Positions 59,828 to 64,000 of a stretch of 64,000 nucleotides of DNA are shown piece by piece (within the stretch, counting starts at the first letter, position 1; the number at the start of each line of letters is the position of its first letter). The stretch covers positions 3,360,001 through 3,424,000 of the forward strand of contig OY970342.1 in assembly GCA_963717505.1 (NCBI GenBank), given 5' to 3'. The notes beneath the pieces are model-generated. The model was not told the origin of the DNA and made no database searches. It worked only from the letters and a program-made list of their open reading frames with translations. Source of the DNA: Candidatus Eiseniibacteriota bacterium (lineage in GTDB: Bacteria > Eisenbacteria > RBG-16-71-46). Position numbers and translations under genes: made by a program.

Positions 59828-60404
59828 GACCCATGATCTCCGCGAGCTTCCGCAGCGAACGCTGCACGCCCATGCGGGCGGCATCGGGGCTCGGTCGGTC
59901 CATGATGGCCGCGATTTCGTCGTAGCTGAAGTCCAGTTCGATCCTCAGGTGCAGGAACAGTTGCTCCTCCGCCTGAAGCTGCGCCCGAGCCTTCTCATAA
60001 CGTTCGAGCAGATCCGCACCGATTGCCCTTTCGAGCGGGGAAGGCTCGCGATCCACCAGTGTCTCCGAGGCCGGTTCCGAACCGGCCCGCCGATTCGCCC
60101 AGCGCAGCTGGTCGAGAATGCGGTTGTGGATCGCCTGCCGTATGTAGGCCTGGAAACCGCCCGGCCCGCGCACCTCGATCCGGTCCAGGGATTCGATCGC
60201 CTTGAGGAGCGTCTCGTGGACCAGATCGCTGGTATCCATGAGGGAACGCGCGTACATCGGGAGGCGGCCGCTGGCCCAGCGATAGAGCCGCGGAAGGTAG
60301 CGGGTCATCAGCACCTCAAGTGCCGCGGCGTTGCCCTCCTTGGCCTGGCGCAGGAGGTCCGTCGTCAGCAGGAGATCCGGTGCGGGTGAGTCGGGCTTGG
60401 GCAT
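59817..60404 (-). CDS. ECF RNA polymerase sigma factor
   Basis: Region 2 'DTSDLVHET...F.AYI...HNRILD'; region 4 'SYDEIA......DAARM...R'. Confidence 0.93.
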   Translation of the reverse strand: MPKPDSPAPDLLLTTDLLRQAKEGNAAALEVLMTRYLPRLYRWASGRLPMYARSLMDTSDLVHETLLKAIESLDRIEVRGPGGFQAYIRQAIHNRILDQLRWANRRAGSEPASETLVDREPSPLERAIGADLLERYEKARAQLQAEEQLFLHLRIELDFSYDEIAAIMDRPSPDAARMGVQRSLRKLAEIMGHER

Positions 60405-60596
60405 CTTGGTTTACCGCATAAGGATAGGAACTAGCATGTGCGTGGACCCGACTCTACGCCCGTCCCGGCGCCCCGCTCCAGATTGGATTTCCCCCCGCTT
60501 GAGGCCCGACCGACCCGCGGCGCCGTCGCGCGACAGCATAGCCTGCCCGTAAGACGACACCCAGTCTCACCACGGTCCCGCGTTACACTCCGAGCC

Positions 60597-62258
60597 GTGC
60601 CCCCCAACCATCGCGACACGACGGTGACGACAGAGCTCCTGCTCCCGGACATCGGCCGCGACGAGCCACTCGCGGGGCCCGCGCCGAGTAACGAGCGCGT
60701 TGCGAGCCACCTGGTATCGAGAGCCGCGCGCCGCCTCGAAATCGTCTGCATCGCCACGTTTGTTTCCACGTTCTTGCTGTGGCTCGTCGTCAACTTTGCT
60801 CGGGGTGATCTCGCCAACGAATTCCGAGCGCTGTATCAGTGGTTGCCGCCGGCTGCAATTCTCGCGAGTTCGGCCACCATGTTTGCGGCCGTGCGCAGCC
60901 GGCGGTTTTCTCCTTCTACGCTCGTGCGCCTGGGGCTCGTCTATGAAGTCGTGATCAGCTTCGCCATGACGTGCGCCTCTTCCCTCGGGGCGTTTACGGG
61001 AATGGCCGCGTCCGACTTCAACGCCGATCGAGTCGGCCTCAGCTACGTGGCGCTGTGGACCCTCTTCTTCACGGTGCTCGTGCCGGCGCGGCCGCGCGAG
61101 GCGCTCGTCGCGCTCGTCGCCTCGTCCTCCGCCGTGCCGCTCGTTTATCTTCTCCAGGTGCGCGCGGGCGCCGCGCCGCAGCTCGGCCTCGATCCGTTTC
61201 TTCCTATCTTCGTCCTCCCGTATGCGATGGGCGTCGTGCTCGCGTACATCGCCGCGCGCATCGTGCACCGCCTCGGCGTCGAGGTGCGGCGCGCGCACGA
61301 GCTGGGGAGCTACCGGCTCGACGCGCTCCTCGGACGCGGCGGAATGGGCGAAGTGTGGCGCGCGTCGCATCGCACGCTCGCGCGCCCCGCCGCCATCAAG
61401 CTCATCCGGCGCGACGCGCTCGCGGCCGATGCCACTCTCGCCGAGGTCGCGGAGGCGCGCTTCGAGCGCGAGGCGCAGGTCATCGCGAGCCTCCAGTCGC
61501 CGCACACGGTGGAGCTATACGATTTCGGCACCACCGAGGACGGCATGTTGTACTACGTGATGGAACTTCTCGATGGCGTCGACCTGGACGCGCTCGTGCG
61601 CAACTTCGGGCCACTGCCGCCCGATCGGGTCGTGCACCTTCTCCGCCAAGCGTGCGCGTCGCTCGCCGAGGCGCACCAACGCGGCGTGGTGCACCGCGAT
61701 ATCAAGCCAGCGAACATCTATCTGTGCCGGCGAGGCATCGAACATGATGTCGTGAAGGTGCTCGACTTCGGCTTGGTGAAGCAGTTTGCGCGCGAGGATT
61801 ACGCTGATGCGGGCGCCGCGCGCGTGGCGCTGACGCACGCCAACGTCGTGGCCGGCACGCCGCACTATATGGCGCCCGAGATGGCGCTGGGGGAACGCAG
61901 TATCGATGGGCGCGCCGACATCTACGCACTCGGTTGTGTCGCGTTCTGGCTTCTGACCGGACGCGTCGTCTTCGAGGCCGAAACGTCGACCGCAGCGATT
62001 GTCGCGCACGTGAGGCAGGAACCTCGGCCGCCGAGCGCGGCAAGCGACATGTCAATTCCCGCCTCGCTCGACCGCATCGTGCTCGACTGCCTCGCGAAGG
62101 ACCCGGCCGCGCGCCCGCAAACTCCCGAGCAGCTCGCCGCGCGCCTGGCCGATGTGCCGCTCGCCCGCGCGTGGACGGAAGCCGACGCGGCGCGCTGGTG
62201 GGCGGCGCATCAACCGGCGGCGGCGTCAGGGGCCCCTGCGCCGATGAGTCGTGGCTAG
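60597..62258 (+). CDS. Ser/Thr kinase with N-terminal multi-TM sensor
   Basis: About six TM segments, then LGSY.L...GRGGMGEVW, HRDIKPAN, DFG and APE; start probably GTG 60597 (TACACT-N7) or 60624. Confidence 0.9.
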   Translation: MPPNHRDTTVTTELLLPDIGRDEPLAGPAPSNERVASHLVSRAARRLEIVCIATFVSTFLLWLVVNFARGDLANEFRALYQWLPPAAILASSATMFAAVRSRRFSPSTLVRLGLVYEVVISFAMTCASSLGAFTGMAASDFNADRVGLSYVALWTLFFTVLVPARPREALVALVASSSAVPLVYLLQVRAGAAPQLGLDPFLPIFVLPYAMGVVLAYIAARIVHRLGVEVRRAHELGSYRLDALLGRGGMGEVWRASHRTLARPAAIKLIRRDALAADATLAEVAEARFEREAQVIASLQSPHTVELYDFGTTEDGMLYYVMELLDGVDLDALVRNFGPLPPDRVVHLLRQACASLAEAHQRGVVHRDIKPANIYLCRRGIEHDVVKVLDFGLVKQFAREDYADAGAARVALTHANVVAGTPHYMAPEMALGERSIDGRADIYALGCVAFWLLTGRVVFEAETSTAAIVAHVRQEPRPPSAASDMSIPASLDRIVLDCLAKDPAARPQTPEQLAARLADVPLARAWTEADAARWWAAHQPAAASGAPAPMSRG

Positions 62259-62356
62259 TGTTCGGCAAGCGTGGGCAGTGTTCGCCGCCTACGAGTAGTG
62301 GTCGTAGCCGCTCCGACGCGCAGACGCGTCGTTCATCTATGGGGTAGATTCACTCG

Positions 62357-64000
62357 ATGCCGCTGACTCTCGGGTCCCGCCTCGGCCCCTACGAGATCGT
62401 CGCCCCGCTCGGCGCGGGAGGGATGGGCGAGGTTTACCGCGCTCGCGACCCGCGCCTCAAGCGCGACATCGCGATCAAGGTGCTGCCCGCCGACGTGACC
62501 TCGTCGCACGACCGCCTCGCCCGTTTGGAGCGCGAAGCGACGACCGTGGCCGGCCTCAACCACCCGAACATCGTCGTGCTCCACTCCATCGAGGAGGCCG
62601 GCGGGATCCGATTCCTCACCATGGAGCTGGTGGAAGGGCGGAGCCTCGCCGAGCTCGTCATTCCCGGCGGATTGCCGATCGCCCAAGTGCTCGACCTCGC
62701 GATCCCGCTCGCCGACGCGCTGGTTGCCGCGCACGAGAAGGGCGTCGTGCACCGGGATCTCAAGCCCGCGAACGTGATGGTGACGCGGGAGGGAAGGGTC
62801 AAGGTGCTGGACTTCGGTCTCGCCAAGCTCACCGAGGCGGAGCCGGATCTCGACGCTACTCACGCCGCGACGATCGCATCGCCGATCTCCGACGGCGGGC
62901 AGGTCGTGGGTACGGTGCCGTACATGGCGCCGGAGCAGATACGTGGCGAAGCTGTCGACGCCCGCACCGACCTGTTCTCGCTCGGGGTTCTGATCTACGA
63001 GCTGGCCGGCGGCCAGCGACCGTTCACCGGGCAGAGCCATGCCGACGTCAGCTCGGCGATCCTGCGCGACCGCCCGCCGTCGCTGACGAGTCTACGCGCG
63101 GACCTCCCGGGCGACCTCGAGCGCATCATCGGTCGCTGTCTCGAAAAGAACCCGCGCGAGCGGTTCCAGACGGCGCTCGACGTGGCCAACGAGCTGCGCT
63201 CGATCCGACGCAGCCTCGAGCGCGATGCATCTCCGGTGCCTCGCCCGGCCGGTCCCCGCCGATCTCGACTCCTGCTCGCGACAGCCGCAGTCGCGATTCT
63301 CATCGTGGTCGTGGTCGCTACCGGCATGGTGCTACGCACCCGCCGCGCGCCGGCTCCGCGAGCGATCCGGTCGCTGGCCGTTCTGCCGCTCGAGAACCTC
63401 TCGCGCGATCCGGAGCAGGACTTCTTCGCGGACGGCATGACCGAGGAGCTGATCACGAGCCTTGCGAACATCGAGGGAGTGAACGTCATCTCGCGCAGCT
63501 CGACGATGCAGTACAAAGGTACGAAGAAAACCATCCCGCAGATCGCGCGTGAGCTGAAGGTGGACGCGGTGGTTGAAGGCTCGGCGATGCGGGCGGGTGA
63601 CGAAGTGCGCATCAGCGCGCAGCTCATCGAAGCGGCGACGGACCGGCACCTTTGGGCAAGAAGCTACCAGCGAAGTCTGGCGAACGTTCTCGTCCTACAG
63701 GGCGAGGTCGCGCAGGCGATCGCCGCGGAGATCCGCTCGACCCTGACGCCCCGGGGGGAGGCGCGGGTCACCGGCGCGCCCTCGGTGAACGCCGCAGCCT
63801 ACGAGGACTATCTCAAGGGGCGATACGAGTGGAGCAAGCGAACGCCGGAGGCATTCCCCCTCGCGGTCGCCCTCTTCGAGCGCGCGATTGCAGCCGACTC
63901 GAGCTACGCAGCAGCTTGGGCCGGGCTGGCGGATGTCTACGCGGTGATGCCCGGCAATCTGATCGAGCCGACTCGACCGCGATTCGTGAAGGCGCTCGAG
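62357..64000 (+). CDS. Ser/Thr kinase + TM + TolB_N + TPR (partial); near-identical paralogue of 43179-45566
   Basis: Not in the ORF track because it runs off the window; ATG 62357 MPLTLGSRLGPYEI... Confidence 0.95.
   Translation, partial: MPLTLGSRLGPYEIVAPLGAGGMGEVYRARDPRLKRDIAIKVLPADVTSSHDRLARLEREATTVAGLNHPNIVVLHSIEEAGGIRFLTMELVEGRSLAELVIPGGLPIAQVLDLAIPLADALVAAHEKGVVHRDLKPANVMVTREGRVKVLDFGLAKLTEAEPDLDATHAATIASPISDGGQVVGTVPYMAPEQIRGEAVDARTDLFSLGVLIYELAGGQRPFTGQSHADVSSAILRDRPPSLTSLRADLPGDLERIIGRCLEKNPRERFQTALDVANELRSIRRSLERDASPVPRPAGPRRSRLLLATAAVAILIVVVVATGMVLRTRRAPAPRAIRSLAVLPLENLSRDPEQDFFADGMTEELITSLANIEGVNVISRSSTMQYKGTKKTIPQIARELKVDAVVEGSAMRAGDEVRISAQLIEAATDRHLWARSYQRSLANVLVLQGEVAQAIAAEIRSTLTPRGEARVTGAPSVNAAAYEDYLKGRYEWSKRTPEAFPLAVALFERAIAADSSYAAAWAGLADVYAVMPGNLIEPTRPRFVKALE

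Noticed and set aside
202-63649. Long overlapping or antisense ORFs (e.g. 1235-3382, 16343-18349, 28332-29906, 32921-34693, 42327-43862, 58025-59836)
   Set aside because: Shadow frames typical of high-GC DNA; no motifs, and they lie opposite well-supported genes.
43179-64000. Twin kinases as a DGR template/variable repeat pair
   Set aside because: Differences are mostly synonymous and not adenine-specific, the repeat exceeds 1.6 kb, and there is no reverse transcriptase in the window.
1-64000. Integron cassette array, prophage or IS explaining the patchwork of genes
   Set aside because: No recurring attC-like sites, integrase, transposase, terminal inverted repeats or phage genes were seen.

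Overview
High-GC bacterial accessory region with about 45 CDS. I found no rRNA, tRNA, CRISPR array, integrase, transposase or reverse transcriptase. Several secreted proteins end in a FlgD-Ig/T9SS-type-A-like tail, and there are many Hanks-type kinases; together these suggest an FCB-adjacent lineage such as Ca. Eisenbacteria (inference only). Contents: six Ser/Thr kinase genes plus one kinase relic, four of them 'MPLT..RLGxYEI' kinase-TolB_N-TPR paralogues with two near-identical; an ECF sigma-kinase pair; a ~2,900-aa cyclic beta-1,2-glucan synthase; a SWIM-SNF2 helicase; an L,D-transpeptidase; two ArsR-SRPBCC-DUF1801 modules; a PAS-sigma54 activator facing an alpha/beta-hydrolase; a BKACE-CMD-DUF202-YdiK cluster; an OprO/P porin; and secreted Ig, FG-GAP and subtilase proteins. 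Best signals missed by the ORF track: (1) an Rdx/SelW-type selenoprotein (YCKV-UGA plus a SECIS-like hairpin) in an XRE-controlled operon; (2) a shared TAnATT-N6-ATG leaderless promoter on every MPLT-kinase paralogue, with conserved kinase halves and swapped or diverging TPR halves; (3) a decayed duplicate of the helicase 3' end bracketing an inserted lipoprotein gene; (4) several gene relics. The many single-base frameshifts are most likely long-read errors.
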